Program-made: the position numbers and the translations under genes
Assembly: GCA_041166845.1 (NCBI GenBank)
Contig: JBEEGK010000020.1
Span: 1-32,209 of the forward strand
Origin: Acidobacteriaceae bacterium
GTDB lineage: Bacteria; Acidobacteriota; Terriglobia; Terriglobales; Acidobacteriaceae
Direction: 5' to 3'
Length of the DNA: 32,209 nucleotides
The notes under the pieces: generated by a model
The model's database searches: none
The model's input: the letters and a program-made list of their open reading frames with translations, nothing else
Told to the model about the DNA's origin: nothing
In this document: positions 23,515-32,209 of the stretch, piece by piece
Numbering within the stretch: the first letter of the stretch is position 1
Layout: each line of letters starts with the position of its first letter

Positions 23515-26160
23515 ATGAAACAAATTGTCCTGCTCACCGCTTCCATTCTGCTGGGCGTGTGCCTCTGTTCGGCCCAGCGCCTGCCGATGACCACAGCGCC
23601 TGAGAATTATCGCCTGACGTTCACCCCGGATCTGGATAAGGCCACTTTCGCCGGGGATGAAACCATTCGCGTGCATCTCGCGCAGCCGACGTCCCAAATT
23701 GTCTTGAATGCGGCAGAACTCACCTTCGATACGGCCACAATCTCCGCCGCCGGAGCGACTCAGACCGCCAAAATCACGATTAATAAAGACAAAGAGCAGG
23801 CCGAGTTGGCCCTCGGGAAGCCCATTCCGGCGGGCGAGGCCATCATCCACATTAAGTACAGCGGCATCCTCAATAGCGATATGCGCGGTTTCTATCTTGG
23901 TAAAGACGATCACGGACGCAAGTATGCCGCGACGCAATTTGAACCGGTGGATGCGCGCCGCGCCTTCCCTTCTTTCGATGAGCCGAACTACAAAGCAACT
24001 TTCGACATATCCGTCGTTGCCACCAAAGGCTTGGCGGCGATTTCAAACAGCAAAATAATTTCTGAAACCGACGGCCCGGGAAATGGCCAGCGTACCGTGC
24101 GCTTCGCCACCACCCCGAAAATGTCTTCGTACCTCGCAGCCCTGATTGTCGGCAATTTCGAATATGTCGAGGGCGAGGCTGACGGGATTCCCATCCGCGT
24201 CTATGCCACTCCTGGCAAAAAAGAGCTCGGCAAATTTGCGCTCGAGGCCAGCGAAAACATTTTGAAATTTTACGACCACTATTTTGGAATTAAATATCCC
24301 TACGCAAAACTTGACCTGATCGGGCTGCCTGACTTCTCTCCGGGCGCAATGGAAAATACCGGCTGTATCACTTATCGCGAAAGCCTGCTGCTCGCCGATG
24401 ACCAGCATGCATCTGTCAAGTCCAAAAAGTTGGTCGCTGGCGTCATCGCGCATGAAATGGCACACCAATGGTTCGGCGACCTCGTCACCATGAAATGGTG
24501 GGACGACATCTGGCTCAACGAAGGCTTTGCCACTTGGATGGAGAGCAAACCGATCGAGACATGGAAGCCGGAGTGGAATGGCAAATTGGACGACGTCAGC
24601 GCAATAACAACCGCGCTCAATGTGGATTCCCTCGCCAACACTCGGCCCATCCTGCAGGCGGCGGAAACTCCGGACCAAATCTTCGAATTGTTCGACGGCA
24701 TCGCTTACGGCAAGGCGGCCGCAGTGCTGCAAATGCTGGAAGCTTATCTGGGCCGTGAAGGCTTTCGCGCCGGCGTCAACGAATACCTGAAACAACATAC
24801 TTACGGAAACGCTACTGCTGGGGATTTCTGGGGCACGCTGGCCAAAGTTTCCAGAAAGCCGGTCGACAAAATCATGCCCACATTTGTAAAGCAGGCAGGA
24901 GCTCCCATGATCAGCGCCAGCGCACAATGCTCCGCCGGCAGCACCACGGTTTCGCTGGCGCAACAGCGCTATTACTATGACCGGCAGCGCTTCGAGCAGG
25001 CTGCGGCGGGGGACAACGAACTGTGGCAGGTCCCGGTATGCTTGAAGGAAGCTCCAGATGGATCGAGTAAAGGCGAACAGAAATGTGAACTGCTTACCGA
25101 AAAGCAGGGAACGTTCACGATGAAAGGATGCGTGCCCTGGGTACTGGCAAATGCCGGGGCCACTGGCTACTATCGCTCCAGCTACTCACCGGATGCACTG
25201 CGCAACATGGCGAAGTCCGCCGAGAGCGCGTTGACTCCAGAGGAGCGGATTATTTTGTTGTCCGATGCCTGGGCCTCCATGCGTGTTGGGCGCGATTCGA
25301 TCGGAGACTATCTTGCGCTCGCGGAAGGGTTGCAAGCGGACCGCAATCGCGCAGTGCTGGAGACCCTGCTGAACCAGCTAGAGTACGTTGGCCGACATCT
25401 TGCGAATGACAACAATAGTGATCGCGAGAAATTTCAAGCCTGGTTGCGGCAGTTACTGGCTCCTGCTGTCCGCGATCTAGGTTGGCAAGCGAAACCCGGC
25501 GAGAGTGACGAGCAGAGAAGTTTGCGAGCGCAGCTGCTAATGGTCTTGGGTGAAACCGGAAAAGATCCAGAGGCGCTCGAAGCAGCGAAAAGGATGACCG
25601 AGCAGGTGCTGGCGGATCCGAACTCAGTTGATTCGGAATTAGCTCAACCTGCTTTACATTTGGCCGCGATGTCAGGCAGTGAGGAACTCTACGACCGCGT
25701 GCTGGCGAAAATCAAAACCGCCAAAACGCCGGAGCAGTATTACCTGTTTGTAAATACTCTCGGATACTTCAGTGATCCCAAGCTGTTGCAGCGGACACTG
25801 GAATATGCGATCAGCGAAGACGTCCGGTCACAAGACAGTTTGGGATTAATCGCCAAAGTCATGACAAATCCAGCGGGAGAAAGGTTGGCGTGGGAGTTTG
25901 TGCGCTCTCATTGGTCAGAAGTAGAGAAAAAAGGGGGACCATTCGCAAGCGCCGATGTCGTTGCCGTTGCAGGTTCGTTCTGTGACCCCGGACTGCGCGA
26001 TGATGTCACGGATTTCTTCACTGCGCACCGGGTGAATGCAGCAGAAAGAACCTTCAAGCAAACAGTCGAAAGAATTAATTATTGCGTAGATCTGAAATCG
26101 CGGCAGTCGCCGCAACTGGCTTCATGGCTGCAGCAGCACACGCCATCCGCAGCGAAGTAA
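23515..26160 (+). CDS. pepN: Secreted M1-family aminopeptidase N
   Basis: Signal peptide MKQIVLLTASILLGVCLCSAQ. GAMEN exopeptidase motif and the zinc motif HEMAHQWFGD...WLNEGFA. A long C-terminal ERAP1-like helical domain follows. GAGGA lies 4 nt upstream of the ATG. Confidence 0.95.
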   Translation: MKQIVLLTASILLGVCLCSAQRLPMTTAPENYRLTFTPDLDKATFAGDETIRVHLAQPTSQIVLNAAELTFDTATISAAGATQTAKITINKDKEQAELALGKPIPAGEAIIHIKYSGILNSDMRGFYLGKDDHGRKYAATQFEPVDARRAFPSFDEPNYKATFDISVVATKGLAAISNSKIISETDGPGNGQRTVRFATTPKMSSYLAALIVGNFEYVEGEADGIPIRVYATPGKKELGKFALEASENILKFYDHYFGIKYPYAKLDLIGLPDFSPGAMENTGCITYRESLLLADDQHASVKSKKLVAGVIAHEMAHQWFGDLVTMKWWDDIWLNEGFATWMESKPIETWKPEWNGKLDDVSAITTALNVDSLANTRPILQAAETPDQIFELFDGIAYGKAAAVLQMLEAYLGREGFRAGVNEYLKQHTYGNATAGDFWGTLAKVSRKPVDKIMPTFVKQAGAPMISASAQCSAGSTTVSLAQQRYYYDRQRFEQAAAGDNELWQVPVCLKEAPDGSSKGEQKCELLTEKQGTFTMKGCVPWVLANAGATGYYRSSYSPDALRNMAKSAESALTPEERIILLSDAWASMRVGRDSIGDYLALAEGLQADRNRAVLETLLNQLEYVGRHLANDNNSDREKFQAWLRQLLAPAVRDLGWQAKPGESDEQRSLRAQLLMVLGETGKDPEALEAAKRMTEQVLADPNSVDSELAQPALHLAAMSGSEELYDRVLAKIKTAKTPEQYYLFVNTLGYFSDPKLLQRTLEYAISEDVRSQDSLGLIAKVMTNPAGERLAWEFVRSHWSEVEKKGGPFASADVVAVAGSFCDPGLRDDVTDFFTAHRVNAAERTFKQTVERINYCVDLKSRQSPQLASWLQQHTPSAAK

Positions 26161-26201
26161 ATAGCAACGGGCCGCTGGCAGAAGAGATGAATGCTGCCGG
26201 A

Positions 26202-26230
26202 TTGAGTGATTCAATTTCGATTGCTATAAT
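26202..26230 (+). promoter_or_regulatory. Candidate sigma-70-type promoter upstream of tRNA-Phe
   Basis: TTGAGT (26202-07), a 17-nt spacer, then a perfect TATAAT (26225-30). This implies a ~110-nt leader before the mature tRNA 5' end. Confidence 0.4.
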
Positions 26231-26346
26231 CTACCTGTTCATAAATGCCTTCTGCAGCTGCACTGTTAGCTGTGGACGGCATCCCGCCTCAATCGAAACG
26301 CTCCCCGCAACGGTCGCGCGTTGGCAAACAATCGGGGGACGTATCG

Positions 26347-26422
26347 TGGCCAGGTAGCTCAGGTGGTAGAGCGCAGCCCTGAAAAGGCTGGCGTCGGCGG
26401 TTCAACTCCGTCCCTGGCCACC
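26347..26422 (+). tRNA. tRNA-Phe (anticodon GAA), CCA encoded
   Basis: Cloverleaf folded by hand. Acceptor GGCCAGG/CCTGGCC, D-arm GCTC-AGGTGGTA-GAGC, anticodon arm CAGCC-CTGAAAA-GGCTG, variable loop GCGTC, T-arm GGCGG-TTCAACT-CCGTC, discriminator A, then CCA. 76 nt. Confidence 0.95.
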
Positions 26423-27190
26423 ACATTTTCAAGCACTTCGATTCGCCCGAAACCCCCAACCTGTTCCGTTCTGTTTCAATAAACAACTCAACCTTGCCCG
26501 CCGGAGTTTGCCTCAGCTTCTCTCGCGCGGTTCAAAAGCGCTCGGCTGTAACTATCCCGTTTCTGAGGCTCTGGACATTGGCGAACTACTAAGAAAAGGT
26601 CACGCAATCGCCGGCGTAGGGCATCGAGCCTGATCAAAAGCTCTGATTCCAGCACCCTGTCGATAGATAACCCCATTCATCCTCTGGAGGGCCGAAATGC
26701 CGACTAGAAACAATGACATTGAGCTCCTTGTCTACTCCGTTATTTCTCCGGGGGGACGTATTTTGCGACTTGTAGCGAAGACGAAATCCAGGAAATCGGT
26801 GGGATCCATGCTGTCGAGCGGACTCTGCAAGAAGAAAGCTACTGGTTTGCCAAGTGGGGAAAGATCCGAGGAGAACTTACTTCGTAGAACGTTCTCATGT
26901 CCAAATCAGAGCTAGCGAACCTCCCGGAATTCCGGAGAGAGTTTGGCAGATGGGACGTCGAAATCCAGTCTTCGTCGGGTCGGAACTGGGGGCGCGACAC
27001 TGCTTATTTGTCTCATCAAGATCTTCAAACTTATTGGCTGGTGAAAGCGCGTGGCCAATCAATGCCATTTCATCCGCAAGAACCACTGGGTCTAGACGTT
27101 TCTTTGAGGCAGCGTCATAAAACATGTTGAATTACCTGCTGTGCAGCATAAAGTAGCCGAAAGCGCCCGAATTTCCATTGACTTCAAAAA

Positions 27191-28684
27191 CTATTTGCTG
27201 CTCACTAGCTTGCCGCAGCATTCGGGCCGAGCTGGCAGGCTTGAGCGATCCCATCCTCCGCCGAGTGCCTGGATGAGAAGCACGGTGTTTGCCATCCGCC
27301 GTCCTAAGATATTGACCGCTGTGACCTCATCCGAGAGTGCAGCACTCTGGGCGGTGATCACCTCGAGGTAACTTGTGACGCCGCCCTTGTAACGAGTCTC
27401 TGAAAGATCGAGCGAATGCTGGGCTGCGACGACTGCTTCATCCTGAACATAGGCCTCGTTCTCGAGGATTCTCACCGCCGCTAAATTGTCTTCCACCTGT
27501 TGGAATCCAGTCAGCACGTTCTCTCGATAAGCAGCGACTTGATAGTCATAAGAGGCACGCGCCTGGTCGTTGAGAGCTCGGCGTCTCCCGCCATCGAAGA
27601 CTGTCTCGATGGCCGACAGCCCCACTGACCATATTCCGCTTGGCCCATTCATAAGTGTCGTGATGGCAGAACTTTCAAATCCTCCGGTAGCGCCCAAATT
27701 GATCAGCGGGTAGTAGGCCGACTTCACAACTCCGATCTGAGCGTTGGCCGACGCTACCCGTCTCTCTGCCGCCGCAATATCCGGACGTCTTTCCAGCAAC
27801 TCTGATGGCACGGAGATGGGGACATGCGGAGGCGGGGTCGTAAGAGGCAGGGGCCGCAGGTTGAACTCCGCCGGCGGTTTCCCAATCAGGATTGCTACCG
27901 CGTGTTCGTATTGCGCGCGCAGTACGCCCACATCAATCGCCGCAGCTCGGGTCGTTTGCAGTTGGGTCTTTGCTTGTTCAACTTCCACCTCCGAAGCAAT
28001 GCCTCCCTGGAAGCGGCTTTCATTCAACTCCAGTGCCTGCTCGTACTGCTTCACTGTTGAGTTCAGGAGCTCTTCCTCGGCATCCAGGCTGCGGGCCTGA
28101 AAATAATCGACGGCTAGATCCGCGTGCATGCTCAGATTAACTGTCGCCAGATCTGCCGCACTGGCTTGTGCTTGCTCCCGATAGGACTCGACGTTTTTTC
28201 GAACGCGACCCCAGACGTCAGCCTGGTAGGACACACTGACCGGCAGTACAAAGTCGTTGTAGGTGGCGCCACGCAAGAGTGAGCTACTTGGACTATTACC
28301 GGAAATGCGGGTTCGAGTCGCTGATGCCCCTGCGGTCACCGTTGGGTAGTAGTCAGCTCGAGAGTAGCGTAGGACGGCGCGAGCTTGCTGGAACTGGGCT
28401 TCCGCAGCTTTTAGATTCTGATTGGATACATTGACCTGAACTTCAAGCGCATCCAGTTGCGGATCCTGGAATATCGTCCACCATGCACCGCCAAGATTCT
28501 GGTCATTAGGCTGCGCAGGCTTCCAGTTCCCTACTTCTTTATATGCAGGAGGAGTCGGTACCGCTGGCGCGTGGTACTTTGGCCCAACCGCGCATCCCGT
28601 GAACTGCAGTGCTGCGATCGCTATCAAAACACGTTTGGCCGTTTTCCCTGAGCTTGTGAAATTCAATTTTCGGGGTAGCTTCAC
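27191..28684 (-). CDS. RND efflux outer-membrane factor lipoprotein (NodT/OprM family)
   Basis: Lipobox ALQFTGC|AVGPKYHAP and two TolC-like repeats (ADYYPT..., SAYYPLINL...). The GTG start overlaps the adaptor stop as GTGA. Confidence 0.9.
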   Translation of the reverse strand: MKLPRKLNFTSSGKTAKRVLIAIAALQFTGCAVGPKYHAPAVPTPPAYKEVGNWKPAQPNDQNLGGAWWTIFQDPQLDALEVQVNVSNQNLKAAEAQFQQARAVLRYSRADYYPTVTAGASATRTRISGNSPSSSLLRGATYNDFVLPVSVSYQADVWGRVRKNVESYREQAQASAADLATVNLSMHADLAVDYFQARSLDAEEELLNSTVKQYEQALELNESRFQGGIASEVEVEQAKTQLQTTRAAAIDVGVLRAQYEHAVAILIGKPPAEFNLRPLPLTTPPPHVPISVPSELLERRPDIAAAERRVASANAQIGVVKSAYYPLINLGATGGFESSAITTLMNGPSGIWSVGLSAIETVFDGGRRRALNDQARASYDYQVAAYRENVLTGFQQVEDNLAAVRILENEAYVQDEAVVAAQHSLDLSETRYKGGVTSYLEVITAQSAALSDEVTAVNILGRRMANTVLLIQALGGGWDRSSLPARPECCGKLVSSK

Positions 28685-29913
28685 TTGATATCTCCCGGCA
28701 ACGTTGCCTGAACAATTTGGACTTGCTGACCGGACACAATCGAGTCAGGTGGATTAATAATGACCTTATCGTCCGGCTTGATGCCGGAGACAATCTCTAT
28801 CTGGTTGCCGAAATCATGCCCGGGAGTCACGGCGGTCAGTACGACTTTCCCGTCCTTCACAATTCCTACCCGTAACCCTTCGGTCCGGAAGATCAGACTA
28901 TTAACCGGAAGGAGAAAGGTGGAGGCCTGCGTTGGAATCGCCAGATGGACCTCCGCATAGGAACCCGTGAGCAGCGTGCCGGTCGGATTGTCCACATCAA
29001 TTTCAATGAGCAGAGTACGAGTTGTGACGTTGATGTCATTGGCGGTGCGTACTAGTTTCCCTTGAAATTTGCGGTCTGGAAACTCAGTGAGACTGAGGTC
29101 GGCTGTCATACCGACCTTGACTCCCCGCGAATATTCCTCGGGAACGTTCACGTAAACACGCAGTTTTCCAGGTTGAGCGATGTGGAACAGATCGGTTTTC
29201 ACACTGCTACTGCTGCCAGAATTGATGAGGTCGCCGATATCGGTGTTGCGCGCTGTAATCACTCCGTCGAAAGGAGCGTAGATCTTTTCGAAAGATACCA
29301 GCGCTGAATACTGCTCCACGGCTGCCTTGTCAGCTTCCACAATTGCTTTATTGGCGTTGTAGGTGCCGACCGCGTTGTCAACGTCCTGTTGCGCTACCGC
29401 GTTGCTCTTCAAAAGTCCCTGATAACGAGTCTTGGTAATGGAAGCGAGCTCAAGATTTGCCTGCGCGGTTAGCAGGTTGCTGCGCGCTTGCTGCAGTTGC
29501 TGATCCACTTCCGGCGTTTCGATGACAGCCAGCAACTGGCCTTTCTTAACGTGTGCCCCAATATCGAAGTACCATTTCTTCAGATAACCATTCGTGCGAG
29601 CGTAGATGGGGGAAGTAATGAATGGTTGAACGTTTCCAGGCAAGATGATTTCATCGGCTGGAGCTGTTCGTTGGGGCGACACAACCGACACTGCGGGGAG
29701 GGCCGCTTGAGCCGTTTCCATACGTAGAGTTGTAGTGGCTTTGACGCGGGACCAGATGCCAGAAACCAGGAGGGCAGCTACCGCAATCACTGCGAGTGCC
29801 AGGACAATCCAGGCTTTGCGTGACCGCTTCCGCGCGCCCACATTGTTCAATGGAGGTGTGAGTTCACTCGCTTGTCTATCTTCTATTTGAGGCAACATAA
29901 AATATCTCTCCAT
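28681..29913 (-). CDS. RND efflux periplasmic adaptor (membrane fusion protein)
   Basis: N-terminal TM anchor. Lipoyl/hairpin region: NGYLKKWYFDIGAHVKKGQLLAVIETPEVDQQLQQARSNLLTAQANL. Beta-barrel/MP region: IYAPFDGVITARNTDIGDLI. The alternative start MLPQIEDRQ is 5 codons downstream. Confidence 0.9.
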   Translation of the reverse strand: MERYFMLPQIEDRQASELTPPLNNVGARKRSRKAWIVLALAVIAVAALLVSGIWSRVKATTTLRMETAQAALPAVSVVSPQRTAPADEIILPGNVQPFITSPIYARTNGYLKKWYFDIGAHVKKGQLLAVIETPEVDQQLQQARSNLLTAQANLELASITKTRYQGLLKSNAVAQQDVDNAVGTYNANKAIVEADKAAVEQYSALVSFEKIYAPFDGVITARNTDIGDLINSGSSSSVKTDLFHIAQPGKLRVYVNVPEEYSRGVKVGMTADLSLTEFPDRKFQGKLVRTANDINVTTRTLLIEIDVDNPTGTLLTGSYAEVHLAIPTQASTFLLPVNSLIFRTEGLRVGIVKDGKVVLTAVTPGHDFGNQIEIVSGIKPDDKVIINPPDSIVSGQQVQIVQATLPGDIK

Positions 29914-29922
29914 GGCTCCTTG

Positions 29923-32209
29923 TTAGTGTGCTCGTTCCGCCTGGGCCGAATGCCGGCGCGAGGCTTGCAGAACGCTGAAAAATGTCGGAACAAATAACAG
30001 CGTCGAAACCGTTGCGAAAATCAGTCCGCCTATGACTGCCCGGCCAAGGGGAGCATTCTGTTCCCCGCCATCCCCGAGTCCGAGAGCCATTGGCACCATG
30101 CCGATGATCATGGCGAGAGCGGTCATCAACACGGGACGAAAACGCGTGAAGCCCGCCTCCAGCGCTGCGCTTACGGAATCCATTCCTTCGGTCATTTTTT
30201 CCGCGGCGAAGCTCACTACCAGAATGCTGTTTGAGGTAGCGACGCCCATGCACATGATGGCTCCCATGAGCGCCGGCACGCTGAGGTTTGTGTGGGTGAT
30301 AAACAGGAACCAAGCAATCCCGGCGAGCGCGGCGGGCAGCGCAGAAATCATGATGAAAGGGTCGAGCCAGGACTGAAAGTTGACCACGATCAGCAAGTAC
30401 ACCAGCACTATCGAGAACAGCAGTCCACCTAGAAGTCCGACGTAAGAAGCACGCATGGTCTGAACCTGTCCCCGAACGATGACGCGAGACCCACGTGGCA
30501 ATTGCTGGCGGGTGGCGTCAATGATCTTGTTGATGTCGCCGGCCACGCCACCCAGATCGCGCCCAGCCACAGATCCGAAGATGTCAATCACCGGAGCAAC
30601 GTTGTAGTCAGAAACGACAGCCATTCCCGCTCCTCGCTGTGTGGACACCAGACTGGCCATAAGCGATGGAGGAGCGTTCGGATTTGTCCCCGTGATAGGA
30701 ATGTTTTCTACATCCTGCAACGTATTCGTTCGATACTGTGGCGTCTGAGTCGCGATCTGGTAGCTGACATGAGTCTTGGGATCAAGCCAGAACGAAGGCG
30801 AGGTTTGGAAGCTACCACTCAGAGACACAAGGAGGTTCTGCGCAATGTCATGGGTGGTGAAACCAAGTTGTTCCGCTTTGGTGCGTTCGACCCTCAGGCG
30901 GAGATAAGGTTGGTCGAAGGTTTGTTGAATCCGCAGATCAGTCGCTCCTGACACATATCTGATCTTCGCGAGCAGTGCGTCTGCATACTGGCGGTTTCCT
31001 TGTAAGTCGTTTCCTACGACCTGCACATCGATGGGTGCCGGTAATCCAAAATTGAGAATCTGCGCGACCATGTCGGCGGGCAGGAAAGAGAATGTAACTC
31101 CCGGAAACTGCCTGGGGAGTGCCAATCGAAGCTGATGAATGTAGTTATCCGTGGGATGGTGCTTGGCGGACAAGGTCACAAGAATGTCGGCATCCGAACT
31201 GCCCACCGGCGCCGAGTTGCTGTAAGAAAGATTGATGCCGCTGTAGGGCAGGCCTATGTTGTCTATGACGCTTTGGACCTCAGCTGCCGGAATCTCCCTT
31301 CGAATCGACTGCTCGACCCGATCGCATAGGTTGGCGGTCTCTTCAATACGCATTCCCGTCGGAGCGCGCATGTGGAGCTTGAACGTGCCGCTGTCCACGC
31401 TGGGAAAGAAGTCCTGGCCAAGCCAGGGAATCAGAACCAGAACAGAGCCGATACAAAACACGAAGAACGCAACCAGAAAAATTGCTCGGTGATGAAGGCA
31501 AACTTCCAATAGGCCACGAAAGCTGTGACGAAGTTTCTCGAACCCCTCTTCGAACCGCTTCTGAAGACGCACCAGGGGATTACGGCTAGGGGCGTCCCAT
31601 ACCTGTTCTTTTTCTCCACGTAGCAGGTACTTCGCCATGGTCGGGACGATGGTCCGCGAAAGGAAATACGAAGCCAACATGGCGATAACGACGGCCTCGG
31701 CGAGAGGCACAAACAGATATCGCGCCACGCCAGAGAGCAAGAACATCGGGGCAAACACAATGCAGATGGAGAGCGTGGAGACGAAAGCGGGTGTTGCAAT
31801 TTGGGATGCGCTGTCCAGAACAACATCATTCAGATTCTTCGCCGGCTCTGCCTCCCGGTTGCGATTGATGTTCTCGACCTCGACAGTGGCGTCGTCAACC
31901 AGGATGCCGACCGCCAGCGCTAGTCCGCCGAGGGTCATGATGTTAATGGTTTGTCCGATCGCGCTTAGAACAATGATCGAAGTGAGGATCGCCAGTGGAA
32001 TGGAGGTCGCGATGATCACGGTGCTTCGCCAACTACCCAGGAATGTGAGAATCATGAACGCGGTCAGGCACGCGGCAATTAAAGTTTCCCGGACCACTCC
32101 GCTGATCGCACCTCGAACAAAAATGGACTGATCCGCGAGTGGTGTTATCTGCAGGGCGGCAGGAACCTGTGTTTTGATCTGAGGCAGAAGCGCCTTGATG
32201 CCAGAAATT
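29923..32209 (-). CDS. RND efflux permease (AcrB/HAE1-like). The N-terminal ~300 aa lie beyond the window end.
   Basis: The ORF-track entry starts at an internal GTG (32097). The frame stays open upstream to 32209 (...ISGIKALLPQIKTQVPAALQITPLADQSIFVRGAISGVVRETL). Typical AcrB TM and porter segments are present throughout (GGLALAVGILVDDATVEVENI, ALPAALAGIAWFLF, RFRPVLMTALAMIIGMVPMALG). Confidence 0.9.
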   Translation of the reverse strand, partial: ISGIKALLPQIKTQVPAALQITPLADQSIFVRGAISGVVRETLIAACLTAFMILTFLGSWRSTVIIATSIPLAILTSIIVLSAIGQTINIMTLGGLALAVGILVDDATVEVENINRNREAEPAKNLNDVVLDSASQIATPAFVSTLSICIVFAPMFLLSGVARYLFVPLAEAVVIAMLASYFLSRTIVPTMAKYLLRGEKEQVWDAPSRNPLVRLQKRFEEGFEKLRHSFRGLLEVCLHHRAIFLVAFFVFCIGSVLVLIPWLGQDFFPSVDSGTFKLHMRAPTGMRIEETANLCDRVEQSIRREIPAAEVQSVIDNIGLPYSGINLSYSNSAPVGSSDADILVTLSAKHHPTDNYIHQLRLALPRQFPGVTFSFLPADMVAQILNFGLPAPIDVQVVGNDLQGNRQYADALLAKIRYVSGATDLRIQQTFDQPYLRLRVERTKAEQLGFTTHDIAQNLLVSLSGSFQTSPSFWLDPKTHVSYQIATQTPQYRTNTLQDVENIPITGTNPNAPPSLMASLVSTQRGAGMAVVSDYNVAPVIDIFGSVAGRDLGGVAGDINKIIDATRQQLPRGSRVIVRGQVQTMRASYVGLLGGLLFSIVLVYLLIVVNFQSWLDPFIMISALPAALAGIAWFLFITHTNLSVPALMGAIMCMGVATSNSILVVSFAAEKMTEGMDSVSAALEAGFTRFRPVLMTALAMIIGMVPMALGLGDGGEQNAPLGRAVIGGLIFATVSTLLFVPTFFSVLQASRRHSAQAERAH

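Noticed and set aside
24043-24963. 306-aa minus-strand ORF antisense to pepN (also 23446..23937, 163 aa)
   Set aside because: Shadow ORFs. The plus strand carries GAMEN and HEXXH-E18 motifs in a continuous 881-aa frame.
26341-26346. A second promoter-like pair (TTGGCA, 15 nt, TATCGT) directly abutting tRNA-Phe
   Set aside because: The spacer is too short, and the predicted transcription start would fall inside the mature tRNA.
26423-27190. An att-like direct repeat of the tRNA-Phe 3' end, or an integrase gene marking a genomic island
   Set aside because: No copy of the tRNA 3' half and no integrase-like ORF was found in the flank. The only similar string (GGTTGAACTCCG, ~27860) lies inside the OMF gene and is a chance match.
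29876-30313. 145-aa minus-strand ORF overlapping the RND permease and adaptor junction, plus other 60-164-aa ORFs inside the permease gene
   Set aside because: These are alternative-frame or antisense ORFs within a continuous AcrB-like frame. Their composition is Arg/Gly/His-rich and not protein-like.

Overview
A gene-dense bacterial chromosomal window with moderate GC by eye, holding about 25 CDS and one tRNA. Most of it is housekeeping. All product calls come from motif recognition in the supplied translations and my own translations; no searches were run. Several proteins suggest an Acidobacteriota-like origin (Tat-signal DUF1501, a secretin with a cohesin-like tail, long ArgRS and MetRS with low-complexity inserts), but this is inference only.

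Layout:
- Minus strand, 9.9 kb down to 1.3 kb, tightly packed: metG, tatD, yajQ, polyprenyl-PP synthase, DedA-rhodanese, CYTH, GAF/HD-GYP, DUF1501. A partial DUF3857 gene then runs off the left edge.
- argS lies divergent from metG.
- pepA plus a small membrane protein (minus strand).
- A secreted two-module Cys protein (plus strand), then smpB (minus strand).
- A secretin plus two GspG-like pseudopilins (plus strand), convergent with a barrel-less POTRA protein.
- hutU, hutI and a secreted M1 aminopeptidase, followed by tRNA-Phe.
- About 770 bp of coding-poor DNA.
- An RND efflux operon on the minus strand in the order permease, adaptor, outer-membrane factor. The permease runs off the right edge.

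Best lead: the DedA-rhodanese ORF is cut by an in-frame TGA at 4538-4540, inside the rhodanese active-site loop (C-T-TGA).
- The same frame continues for 52 sense codons that complete the rhodanese fold.
- A GC-rich hairpin with a CGGGU loop sits about 21 nt downstream of the TGA, which is SECIS-like.
- The extended frame ends in a TAATG overlap with a possible start of the next gene.
- Together these make it a candidate membrane-anchored selenoprotein. The alternative is a recent TGC-to-TGA nonsense mutation.

No CRISPR array, IS element, rRNA or obvious defence system was seen.
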